Shown: positions 1 to 13,300, counted from the first letter of the stretch. The stretch: 64,000 nt of DNA from the human T2T-CHM13v2.0 reference genome, Homo sapiens (GCF_009914755.1 NC_060925.1), one strand, 5' to 3'. Made by a program: numbers and translations. The notes: a model not told the origin generated them from the sequence alone.

Positions 1-307
1 TGGAATGGAACAGTCAATGAACTCGAATGGAATCATCATTGAATGGAATCGAATGGAATCATCGAGTGGAATCGAATGGAATTATGATCAAATGGAATCG
101 AATGTAATCATCATCAAATGGAATCAAAAATAACCATCATCAATTGGTATTGAATGGAATTGTCATCAAATGGAATTCAAAGGAATCATCATCAAATGGA
201 ACCGAATGGAATCCTGATTGAATGGAAATGAAAGGGGTCATCATCTAATGGAATCGCATGGAATCATCATCAAATGGAATCGAATGGAATCATCATCAAA
301 TGGAATC

Positions 308-318
308 TAATGGAATCA
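308..318 (+). promoter_or_regulatory. DUX4-consensus motif TAATGGAATCA (site 1 of 2 per canonical unit)
   Basis: Exact match to TAAYBBAATCA. DUX4 is known to bind HSATII and induce its transcription. Occupancy of this copy cannot be seen from sequence. Confidence 0.5.
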
Positions 319-1240
319 TTGAAAAGAATTGAATGGAATCATCATCGAATGAATTGAATGCAATCATCGAAAGGTCTCGAATGGAATCATCTTCTAATGG
401 AAAGGAATGGAATCATCGCATAGAATCGAATGGAATTATCATCGAATGGAATCGAATGGTATCAACACCAAACGGAAAAAAACGGAATTATCGAATGGAA
501 TCGAAGAGAATCTTCGAACGGACCCGAATTTAATGATCTAATGGAATGGAATGGAATAATCCATGGACTCGAATGCAATCATCATCGAATGGAATCGAAT
601 GGAATCATCGAATGGACTCGAATGGAATAATCATTGAACGGAATCGAATGGAATCATCATCGGATGGAAACGAATGGAATCATCATCCAATGGAAATGAA
701 AGGAGTCATCATCTAATGGAATTGCATGGAATCATCATAAAATGGAATCGAATGGAATCAACATCAAATGGAATCAAATGGAATAATTGAACGGAATTGA
801 ATGGAATTGTCATCGAATGAATTGAATGCAATCATCGAATGGTCTAGAATTGAATCATCTTCAAATGGAATGGAATGGAATCATCGCATAGAATCGAATG
901 GAAGTATCATCGAATGGAATCGAATGGAATCAACATCAAACGGAAAAAAACGGAATTATCGAATGGAATCGAAGAGAATCATCGAATGGACCCGAATGGA
1001 ATCATCTAATGGAATGGAATGGAATAATCCATGGACTCGAATGCAATCATCATCGAATGGAATCGAATGGAATCATCGAATGGACTCGAATGGAATAATC
1101 ATTGAACGGAATCGAATGGAATCATCATCGGATGGAAATGAATGGAATCATCATCGAATGGAATCGAATAGAATTATGGAATGAAATCCAGTGTGATCAT
1201 CATCGAATGGACCCGAATGGAATCATCATCCAACGGAAGC

Positions 1241-1251
1241 TAATGGAATCA
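1241..1251 (+). promoter_or_regulatory. DUX4-consensus motif TAATGGAATCA (site 2 of 2 per canonical unit)
   Basis: GGAAGCTAATGGAATCAAC is an exact match to TAAYBBAATCA and recurs in nearly every 1308-bp module. Confidence 0.5.
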
Positions 1252-2108
1252 ACATCGAATGAATCGAATGGAAATACCATCGAATTGAAACGAATGGAAT
1301 TATCATGAAATTCAAATGGATGGACTCATCATCGAATGGATTCGAATGGAATCATTGAATAAAATTGATTGAAATCATCATCCAATGGAATCGAATGGTA
1401 TCATTGAATGGAATCGAATGGAATCATCATCAGATGGAAATGAATGCAATCGTCATAGAATGGAATCGAATGGATTCATTGAATGGAATCAGATGGAATC
1501 ATCGAATGGACTGGAATGGAATCATTGAATGGACTCGAAAGGGATCATGATTGAATGGAATTGAATGGAATCATCGAATGGTCTCGATTGGAATCATTAA
1601 CAAATGGAATCGAATGGAATCACCGAATAGAATCGAATGGAACAATCATCGAATGGACTCAAATGGAATTATCCTCCAATGGAATCGAATGGAATTATCG
1701 AATGCAATCGAATGGAATTATCGAATGCAATCGAATAGAATCATCGAATGGACTCGAATGGAATCATCGAATGGAATGGAATGGAACAGTCAAGGAACTC
1801 GAATGGAATCATCATTGAATGGAATCGAATGGAATCATCGAGTGGAATCGAATGGAAATATGATCAAATGGAATCGAATATAATCATCATCAAATGGAAT
1901 CAAAAATAACCATCATTAATTGGTATTGAATGGAATTCTCATCAAATGGAATTCAAAGGAATCATCATCAAATGGAACTGAATGGAATCCTCATTGAATG
2001 GAAATGAAAGGGGTCATCATCTAATGGAATCGCATGGAATCATCATCAAATGGAATCGAATGGAATCATCATCAAATGGAATCTGATGGAATCATTGAAC
2101 AGAATTGA

Positions 2109-2723
2109 ATGGAATCGTCATCGAATGAATTGAATGCAATCATCGAATGGTCTCGAATGTAATCACATTCTAATGGAAAGGAATGGAATCATCGCATAGA
2201 ATCGAATGGAATTAACATTGAATGGACTCGAATGGAATCAACATCAAACGGAATCAAGCGGAATTATCGAATGGAATCGAAGAGAATCATCGAATGGTCT
2301 CGAATGGAATCATCTTCTAATGGAAAGGAATGGAATCATCGCATAGAATCGAATGGAATTAACATTGAATGGACTCGAATGGAATCAACATCAAATGGAA
2401 TCAAGCGGAATTATCGAATGAAATCGAAGAGAATCATCGAATGGACTCGAATGGAATCATCTAATGGAATGGAATGGAATAATCCACGGACTCGAATGCA
2501 ATCATCATTGTATAGAATCGAATGGAATCATCGAATGGACTCGAATGGAATAAACATTGAACGGAATAGAATGGAATCATCATCGGAAGGAAACGAATGG
2601 AATCATCATCGAATGGAAATGTAAGGAGTCATCATCTAATGGAATTGCATGGAATCATCATAAAATGGAATCGAATGGAATCATCATCAAATGGAATCAA
2701 ATGGAATCATTGAACGGAATTGA
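2109..2723 (+). repeat. Divergent 615-bp variant module (468 + 147-bp duplication); other copies at 15522, 25854, 29553, 33252, 54263, 62646
   Basis: AATCATCGAATGGTCTCGAATG occurs at 2138 and 2285 (147 bp apart). Private motifs are GGAATCAAGCGG, ATTAACATTG, CCACGG, TTGTATAG, GGAAGGAAACG and AATGTAAGG. Confidence 0.9.
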
Positions 2724-5700
2724 ATGGAATCGTCATCGAATGAATTGAATGCAATCATCGAATGGTCTCGAATGGAATCATCTTCAAATGGAATGGAATG
2801 GAATCATCGCATAGAATCGAATGGAATTATCATCGAATGGAATCGAATGGTATCAACATCAAACGGAAAAAAACGGAATTATCGAATGGAATCGAAGAGA
2901 ATCTTCGAACGGACCCGAAAGGAATCATCTAATGGAATGGAATGGAATAATCCATGGACTCGAATGCAATCATCATCGAATGGAATCGAATGGAATCATT
3001 GAATGGACTCGAATGGAATAATCATTGAACGGAATCGAATGGAATCATCATCGGATGGAAATGAATGGAATCATCATCGAATGGAATCGAATAGAATTAT
3101 GGAATGAAATCCAGTGTGATCATCATCGAATGGACCCGAATGGAATCATCATCCAACGGAAGCTAATGGAATCAACATCGAATGAATCGAATGGAAACAC
3201 CATCGAATTGAAACGAATGGAATTATCATGAAATTGAAATGGATGGACTCATCATCGAATGGATTCGAATGGAATCATCGAATAAAATTGATTGAAATCA
3301 TCATCGAATGGAATCGAATGGTATCATTGAATGGAATCGAATGGAATCGTCATCAGATGGAAATGAATGGAATCGTCATAGAATGGAATCGAATGGATTC
3401 ATTGAATAGAATCAGATGGAATCATCGAATGGACTGGAATGGAATCATTGAATGGACTCGAAAGGGATCATTATTGAATGGAATTGAATGGAATCATCGA
3501 ATGGTCTCGATTGGAATCATTATCAAATGGAAACGAATGGAATCACCAAATAGAATCGAATGGAACAATCATTGAATGGACTCAAATGGAATTATCCTCA
3601 AATGGAATTGAATGGAATTATCGAATGCAATCGAATGGAATTATCGAATGCAATCGAATAGAATCATCGAATGGAGTCGAATGGAATCATCGAATGGAAT
3701 GGAATGGAACAGTCAATGAACTCGAATGGAATCATCATTGAATGGAATCGAATGGAATCATCGAGTGGAATCGAATGGAATTATGATCAAATGGAATCGA
3801 ATGTAATCATCATCAAATGGAATCAAAAATAACCATCATCAATTGGTATTGAATGGAATTCTCATCAAATGGAATTCAAAGGAATCATCATCAAATGGAA
3901 CCGAATGGTATCCTCATTGAATGGAAATGAAAGGGGTCATCATCTAATGGAATCGCATGGAATCATCATCAAATGGAATCGAATGGAATCAACATCAAAT
4001 GGAATCAAATGGAGTCATTGAACGGAATTGAATGGAATCGTCATCGAATGAATTGAATGCAATCATCGAATGGTCTCGAATGGAATCATCTTCAAATGGA
4101 ATGGAATGGAATCATCACATAGAATCGAATGGAATTATCATCGAATGGAATCGAATGGAATCAACATCAAACGGAAAAAAACGGAATTATCGAATGGAAT
4201 CGAAGAGAATCATCGAATGGACCCGAATGGAATCATCTAATGGAATGGAATGGAATAATCCATGGACTCGAATGCAATCATCATCGAATGGAATCGAATG
4301 GAATCATCGAATGGACTCGAATGGAATAATCATTGAACGGAATCGAATGGAATCATCATCGGATGGAAATGAATGGAATCATCATCGAATGGAATCGAAT
4401 AGAATTATGGAATGAAATCCAGAGTGATCATCATCGAATGGACCCGAATGGAATCATCATACAACGGAAGCTAATGGAATCAACATCGAATGAATCAAAT
4501 GGAAACACCATCGAATTGAAACGAATGGAATTATCATGAAATTGAAATGGATGGACTCATCATCGAATGGATTCGAATGGAATCATCGAATAAAATTGAT
4601 TGAAATCATCATCGAATGGAATCGAATGGTATCATTGAATGGAATCGAATGGAATCATCATCAGATGGAAATGAATGGAATCGTCATAGAATGGAATCGA
4701 ATGGATTCATTGAATGGAATCAGATGGAATCATCGAATGGACTGGAATGGAATCATTGAATGGACTCGAAAGGGATCATCATTGAATGGAATTGAATGGA
4801 ATCATCGAATGGTCTCGATTGGAATCATTATCAAATGGAATCGAATGGAATCACCGAATAGAATCGAATGGAACAATCATCGAATGGACTCAAATGGAAT
4901 TATCCTCAAATGGAATCGAATGGAATTATCGAATGCAATCGAATGGAATTATCGAATGCAATCGAATAGAATCATCGAATGGACTCGAATGGAATCATCG
5001 AATGGAATGGAATGGAACAGTCAATGAATTCGAATGGAATCATCATTGAATGGAATCGAATGGAATCATCGAGTGGAATCGAATGGAATTATGATCAAAT
5101 GGAATCGAATGTAATCATCATCAAATGGAATCAAAAATAACCATCATCAATTGGTATTGAATGGAATTGTCATCAAATGGAATTCAAAGGAATCATCATC
5201 AAATGGAACCGAATGGAATCCTCATTGAATGGAAATGAAAGGGGTCATCATCTAATGGAATCGCATGGAATCATCATCAAATGGAATCGAAAGGAATCAT
5301 CATCAAATGGAATCTAATGGAATCATTGAACAGAATTGAATGGAATCGTCATCGAATGAATTGAATGCAATCATCGAATGGTCTCGAATGGAATCATCTT
5401 CTAATGGAAAGGAATGGAATCATCGCATAGAATCGAATGGAATTATCATCGAATGGAATCGAATGGTATCAACACCAAACGGAAAAAAACGGAATTATCG
5501 AATGGAATCGAAGAGAATCTTCGAACGGACCCAAATGGAATCATCTAATGGAATGGAATGGAATAATCCATGGACTCGAATGCAATCATCATCGAATGGA
5601 ATCGAATGGAATCATCGAATGGACTCGAATGGAATAATCATTGAATGGAATCAAATGGAATCATCATTGGATGGAAACGAATGGAATCATCATCGAATGG

Positions 5701-5879
5701 AAATGAAAGGAGTCATCATCTAATGGAATTGCATGGAATCATCATAAAATGGAATCGAATGGAATCAACATCAAATGGAATCAAATGGAATCATTGAACG
5801 GAATTGAATGGAATCGTCATCGAATGAATTGACTGCAATCATCGAATGGTCTCGAATGGAATCATCTTCAAATGGAATG

Positions 5880-5977
5880 GAATGGAATCATCGCATAGAA
5901 TCGAATGGAATTATCATCGAATGGAATCGAATGGAATCATCGCATAGAATCGAATGGAATTATCATCGAATGGAATC
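5880..5977 (+). repeat. 49-bp tandem duplication (second copy ~44966-45063)
   Basis: ATCGCATAGAATCGAATGGAATTATCATCG occurs at 5890 and 5939. Anchor spacing 5808 to 7165 is 1357 = 1308 + 49. Confidence 0.9.
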
Positions 5978-7399
5978 GAATGGAATCAACATCAAACGGA
6001 AAAAAACGGAATTATCGTATGGAATCGAAGAGAATCATCGAATGGACCCGAATGGAATCATCTAATGGTATGGAATGGAATAATCCATGGACTCGAATGC
6101 AATCATCATCGAATGGAATCGAATGGAATCATCGAATGGACTCGAATGGAATAATCATTGAACGGAATCGAATGGAATCATCATCGGATGGAAATGAATG
6201 GAATCATCATCGAATGGAATCGAATAGAATTATGGAATGAAATCCAGTGTGATCATCATCGAATGGACCCGAATGGAATCATCATCCAACGGAAGCTAAT
6301 GGAATCAACATCGAATGAATCGAATGGAAACACCATCGAATTGAAACGAATGGAATTATCATGAAATTGAAATGGATGGACTCATCATCGAATGGATTCG
6401 AATGGAATCATCGAATAAAATTGATTGAAATCATCAACAAATGGAATCGAATGGTATCATTGAATGGAATCGAATGGAATCATCATCAGATGGAAATGAA
6501 TGGAATCGTCATAGAATGGAATCGAATGGATTCATTGAATGGAATCAGATGGAATCATCGAATGGACTGGAATGGAATCATTGAATGGACACGAAAGGAT
6601 TCATTATTGAATGGAATTGAATGGAATCATCGAATGGTCTCGATTGGAATCATTATCAAATGGAATCGAATGGAATCACCGAATAGAATCGAATGGAACA
6701 ATCATCGAATGGACTCAAATGGAATTATCCTCAAATGGAATCGAATGGAAATATCGAATGCAATCGAATGGAATTATCGAATGCAATCGAATAGAATCAT
6801 CGAATGGACTCGAATGGAATCATCGAATGGAATGGAATGGAACAGTCAATGAACTCGAATGGAATCATCATTGAATGGAATCGAATGGAATCATCGAGTG
6901 GAATCGAATGGAATTATGATCAAATGGAATCGAATGTAATCATCATCAAATGGAATCAAAAATAACCATCATCAATTGGTATTGAATGGAATTCTCATCA
7001 AATGGAATTCAAAGGAATCATCATCAAATGGAACCGAATGGAATCCTCATTGAATGGAAATGAAAGGGGTCATCATCTAATGGAATCGCATGGAATCATC
7101 ATCAAATGGAATCGAATGGAATCATCATCAAATGGAATCTAATGGAATCATTGAACAGAATTGAATGGAATCGTCATCGAATGAATTGAATGCAATCATC
7201 GAATGGTCTCGAATGGAACCATCTTCTAATGGAAAGGAATGGAATCATCGCATAGAATCGAATGGAACAATCATCGAATGGACTCAAATGGAATTATCCT
7301 CAAATGGAATGGAATGGAATTATCGAATGCAATCGAATGGAATTATAGAATGCAATCGAATAGAATCATCGAATGGACTCGAATGGAATAATCATTGAA

Positions 7400-10300
7400 C
7401 GGAATCGAATGGAATCATCATCGGATGGAAACGAATGGAATCATCATCGAATGGAAATGAAAGGAGTCATCATCTAATGGAATCGCATGGAATCATGATA
7501 AAATGGAATCGAATGGAATCAACATCAAATGGAATCAAATGGAATCATTGAACGGAATTGAATGGAATCGTCATCGAATAAATTGAATGCAATCATCGAA
7601 TGGTCTCGAATGGAATCATCTTCAAATGGAATGGAATGGAATCATCGCATAGAATCGAATGGAATTATCATCGAATGGAATCGAATGGAATCAACATCAA
7701 ACGGAAAAAAACGGAATTATCGAATGGAATCGAAGAGAATCATCGAATGGACCCGAATGGAATCATCTAATGGAATGGAATGGAATAATCCATGGACTCG
7801 AATGCAATCATCATCGAATGGAATCGAATGGAATCATCGAATGGACTCGAATGGAATAATCATGGAACGGAATCGAATGGAATCATCATCGGATGGAAAT
7901 GAAAGGAGTCATCATCTAATGGAATTGCATGGAATCATCATAAAATGGAATCGAATGGAATCAACATCAAATGGAATCAAATGGAATCATTGAACGGAAT
8001 TGAATGGAATCGTCATCGAATGAATTGAATGCAATCATCGAATGGTCTCGAATGGAATCATCTTCAAATGGAATGGAATGGAATCATTGCATAGAATCGA
8101 ATGGAATTGTCATCGAATGGAATCGAATGGAATCAACATCAAACGGAAAAAAACGGAATTATCGAATGGAATCGAAGAGAATCATCGAATGGACCCGAAT
8201 GGAATCATCTAATGGAATGGAATGGAATAATCCATGGACTCGAATGCAATCATCATCGAATGGAATCGAATGGAATCATCGAATGGACTCGAATGGAATA
8301 ATCATTGAACGGAATCAAATAGAATCATCATCGGATGGAAATGAATGGAATCATCATCGAATGGAATCGAATAGAATTATGGAATGAAATCCAGTGTGAT
8401 CATCATCGAATGGACCCGAATGGAATCATCATCCAACGGATGCTAATGGAATCAACATCGAATGAATCAAATGGAAACACCATCGAATTGAAACGAATGG
8501 AATTACCATGAAATTGAAATGGATGGACTCATCATCGAATGGATTCGAAAGGAATCATCGAATAAAATTGATTGAAATCATCATCGAATGGAATCGAATG
8601 GTATCATTGAATGGAATTGAATGGAATCATCATCAGATGGAAATGAATGGAATCGTCATAGAATGGAATCGAATGGATTCATTGAATGGAATCAGATGGA
8701 ATCATCGAATGGACTGGAATGGAATCATTGAATGGACTCGAAAGGGATCATGATTGAATGGAATTGAATGGAATCATCGAATGGTCTCGATTGGAATCAT
8801 TATCAAATGGAATCGAACGGAATCACCGAACAGAATCGAATGGAACAATCATCGAATGGACTCAAATGGAATTATCCTCAAATGGAATCGAATGGAAATA
8901 TCGAATGCATTCGAATGGAATTATTGAATGCAATCGAATAGAATCATCGAATGGACTCGAATGGAATCATCGAATGGAATGGAATGGAACAGTCAATGAA
9001 CTCGAATGGAATCATCATTGAATGGAATCGAATGGAATCATCGAGTGGAATCGAATGGAATTATGATCAAATGGAATCGAATGTAATCCTCATCAAATGG
9101 AATCAAAAATAACCATCATCAATTGGTATTCAATGGAATTGTCATCAAATGGAATTCAAAGGAATCATCATCAAATGGAACCGAATGGAATCCTCATTGA
9201 ATGGAAATGAAAGGGGTCATCATCTAATGGAATCGCATGGAATCATCATCAAATGGAATCGAATGGAATCATCATCAAATGGAATCTAATGGAATCATTG
9301 AACAGAATTTAATGGAATCGTCATCGAATGAATTGAATGCAATCATCGAATGGTCTCGAATGGAACCATCTTCTAATGGAAAGGAATGGAATCATCGCAT
9401 AGAATCGAATGGAATTGTCATCGAATGGAATCGAATGGTATCAACACCAAACGGAAAAAAACGGTATTATAGAATGGAATCGAAGAGAATCTTCGAACGG
9501 ACCCGAATGGAATCATCTAATGGAATGGAATGGAATAATCCATGGACTCGAATGCAATCATCATCGAATGGAATCGAATGGAATCATCGAATGGACTCGA
9601 ATGGAATAATCATTGAACGGAATCGAATGGAATCATCATCGGATGGAAACGAATGGAATCATCATCGAATGGGAATGAAAGGAGTCATCATCTAATGGAA
9701 TTGCATGGAATCATCATAAAATGGAATCGAATGGAATCAACATCAAATGGAATCAAATGGAATCATTGAACGGAATTGAATGGAATCGTCATCGAATGAA
9801 TTGAATGCAATCATCGAATGGTCTCGAATGGAATCATCTTCAAATGGAATGGAATGGAATCATCGCATAGAATCGAATGGAATTATCATCGAATGCAATC
9901 GAATGGAATCAACACCAAACGGAAAAAAACGGAATTATCGAATGGAATCGAAGAGAATCATCGAATGGACCCGAATGGAATCATCTAATGGAATGGAATG
10001 GAATAATCCAAGGACTCGAATGCAATCATCATCGAATGGAATCGAATGGAATCATCGAATGGACTCGAATGGAATAATCATTGAACGGAATCGAATGGAA
10101 TCATCATCGGATGGAAATGAATGGAATCGTCATCGAATGGAATCGAATAGAATTATGGAATGAAATCCAGTGTGATCATCATCGAATGGACCTGAATGGA
10201 ATCATCATCCAACGGAAGCTAATGGAATCATCATCGAATGAATCAAATGGAAACACCATCGAATTGAAACGAATGGAATTACCATGAAATTGAAATGGAT

Positions 10301-13300
10301 GGACTCATCATCAAATGTGTTCGAATGGAATCATCGAATAAAATTGATTGAAATCATCATCGAATGGAATCGAATGGTATCATTGAATGGAATCGAATGG
10401 AATCCTCATTGAATGGAAATGAAAGGGGTCATCATCTAATGGAATCGCATGGAATCATCATCAAATGGAATCGAATGGAATCATCATCAAATGGAATCTA
10501 ATGGAATCATTGAAAGAATTGAATGGAATCATCATCGAATGAATTGAATGCAATCATCGAATGTTCCCGAATGGAATCATCTTCTAATGGAAAGGAATGG
10601 AATCATCGCATAGAATCGAATGGAATTATCATCGAATGGAATCGAATGGTATCAACACCAAACGGAAAAAAACGGAATTATCGAATGGAATCGAAGAGAA
10701 TCTTCGAACGGACCCGAATGGAATCATCTAATGGAATGGAATGGAATAATCCATGGACTCGAATGCAATCATCATCGAATGGAATCGAATGGAATCATCG
10801 AATGGACTCGAATGGAATAATCATTGAACGGAATCGAATGGAATCATCATCGGATGGAAACGAATGGAATCATCATCGAATGGAAATGAAAGGAGTCATC
10901 ATCTAATGGAATCGCATGGAATCATGATAAAATGGAATCGAATGGAATCAACATCAAATGGAATCAAATGGAATCATTGAACGGAATTGAATGGAATCGT
11001 CATCGAATAAATTGAATGCAATCATCGAATGGTCTCGAATGGAATCATCTTCAAATGGAATGGAATGGAATCATCGCATAGAATCGAATGGAATTATCAT
11101 CGAATGGAATCGAATGGAATCAACATCAAACGGAAAAAAACGGAATTATCGAATGGAATCGAAGAGAATCATCGAATGGACCCGAATGGAATCATCTAAT
11201 GGAATGGAATGGAATAATCCATGGACTCGAATGCAATCATCATCGAATGGAATCGAATGGAATCATCGAATGGACTCGAATGGAATAATCATGGAACGGA
11301 ATCGAATGGAATCATCATCGGATGGAAATGAAAGGAGTCATCATCTAATGGAATTGCATGGAATCATCATAAAATGGAATCGAATGGAATCAACATCAAA
11401 TGGAATCAAATGGAATCATTGAACGGAATTGAATGGAATCGTCATCGAATGAATTGAATGCAATCATCGAATGGTCTCGAATGGAATCATCTTCAAATGG
11501 AATGGAATGGAATCATTGCATAGAATCGAATGGAATTGTCATCGAATGGAATCGAATGGAATCAACATCAAACGGAAAAAAACGGAATTATCGAATGGAA
11601 TCGAAGAGAATCATCGAATGGACCCGAATGGAATCATCTAATGGAATGGAATGGAATAATCCATGGACTCGAATGCAATCATCATCGAATGGAATCGAAT
11701 GGAATCATCGAATGGACTCGAATGGAATAATCATTGAACGGAATCAAATAGAATCATCATCGGATGGAAATGAATGGAATCATCATCGAATGGAATCGAA
11801 TAGAATTATGGAATGAAATCCAGTGTGATCATCATCGAATGGACCCGAATGGAATCATCATCCAACGGATGCTAATGGAATCAACATCGAATGAATCAAA
11901 TGGAAACACCATCGAATTGAAACGAATGGAATTACCATGAAATTGAAATGGATGGACTCATCATCGAATGGATTCGAAAGGAATCATCGAATAAAATTGA
12001 TTGAAATCATCATCGAATGGAATCGAATGGTATCATTGAATGGAATTGAATGGAATCATCATCAGATGGAAATGAATGGAATCGTCATAGAATGGAATCG
12101 AATGGATTCATTGAATGGAATCAGATGGAATCATCGAATGGACTGGAATGGAATCATTGAATGGACTCGAAAGGGATCATGATTGAATGGAATTGAATGG
12201 AATCATCGAATGGTCTCGATTGGAATCATTATCAAATGGAATCGAACGGAATCACCGAACAGAATCGAATGGAACAATCATCGAATGGACTCAAATGGAA
12301 TTATCCTCAAATGGAATCGAATGGAAATATCGAATGCATTCGAATGGAATTATTGAATGCAATCGAATAGAATCATCGAATGGACTCGAATGGAATCATC
12401 GAATGGAATGGAATGGAACAGTCAATGAACTCGAATGGAATCATCATTGAATGGAATCGAATGGAATCATCGAGTGGAATCGAATGGAATTATGATCAAA
12501 TGGAATCGAATGTAATCCTCATCAAATGGAATCAAAAATAACCATCATCAATTGGTATTCAATGGAATTGTCATCAAATGGAATTCAAAGGAATCATCAT
12601 CAAATGGAACCGAATGGAATCCTCATTGAATGGAAATGAAAGGGGTCATCATCTAATGGAATCGCATGGAATCATCATCAAATGGAATCGAATGGAATCA
12701 TCATCAAATGGAATCTAATGGAATCATTGAACAGAATTTAATGGAATCGTCATCGAATGAATTGAATGCAATCATCGAATGGTCTCGAATGGAACCATCT
12801 TCTAATGGAAAGGAATGGAATCATCGCATAGAATCGAATGGAATTGTCATCGAATGGAATCGAATGGTATCAACACCAAACGGAAAAAAACGGTATTATA
12901 GAATGGAATCGAAGAGAATCTTCGAACGGACCCGAATGGAATCATCTAATGGAATGGAATGGAATAATCCATGGACTCGAATGCAATCATCATCGAATGG
13001 AATCGAATGGAATCATCGAATGGACTCGAATGGAATAATCATTGAACGGAATCGAATGGAATCATCATCGGATGGAAACGAATGGAATCATCATCGAATG
13101 GGAATGAAAGGAGTCATCATCTAATGGAATTGCATGGAATCATCATAAAATGGAATCGAATGGAATCAACATCAAATGGAATCAAATGGAATCATTGAAC
13201 GGAATTGAATGGAATCGTCATCGAATGAATTGAATGCAATCATCGAATGGTCTCGAATGGAATCATCTTCAAATGGAATGGAATGGAATCATCGCATAGA

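Larger units (their letters stand above)
333..4031 (+). repeat. 3699-bp dimeric super-unit (1776 + 1923 bp)
   Basis: Anchors at 333, 801, 2109, 2724 and 4032. It contains the XbaI-marked B module (TCTAGA 843-848) and the 615-bp variant module. Confidence 0.85.

Noticed and set aside
470-490. A7 tract (AAACGGAAAAAAACGG) as a retroposon tail or Pol III terminator
   Set aside because: It is a fixed part of each module, with no element body, target-site duplication or A/B boxes.
2138-2431. 147-bp duplication equal to the nucleosome core length
   Set aside because: 147 = 3x49, the intrinsic sub-period, so the match needs no chromatin explanation.
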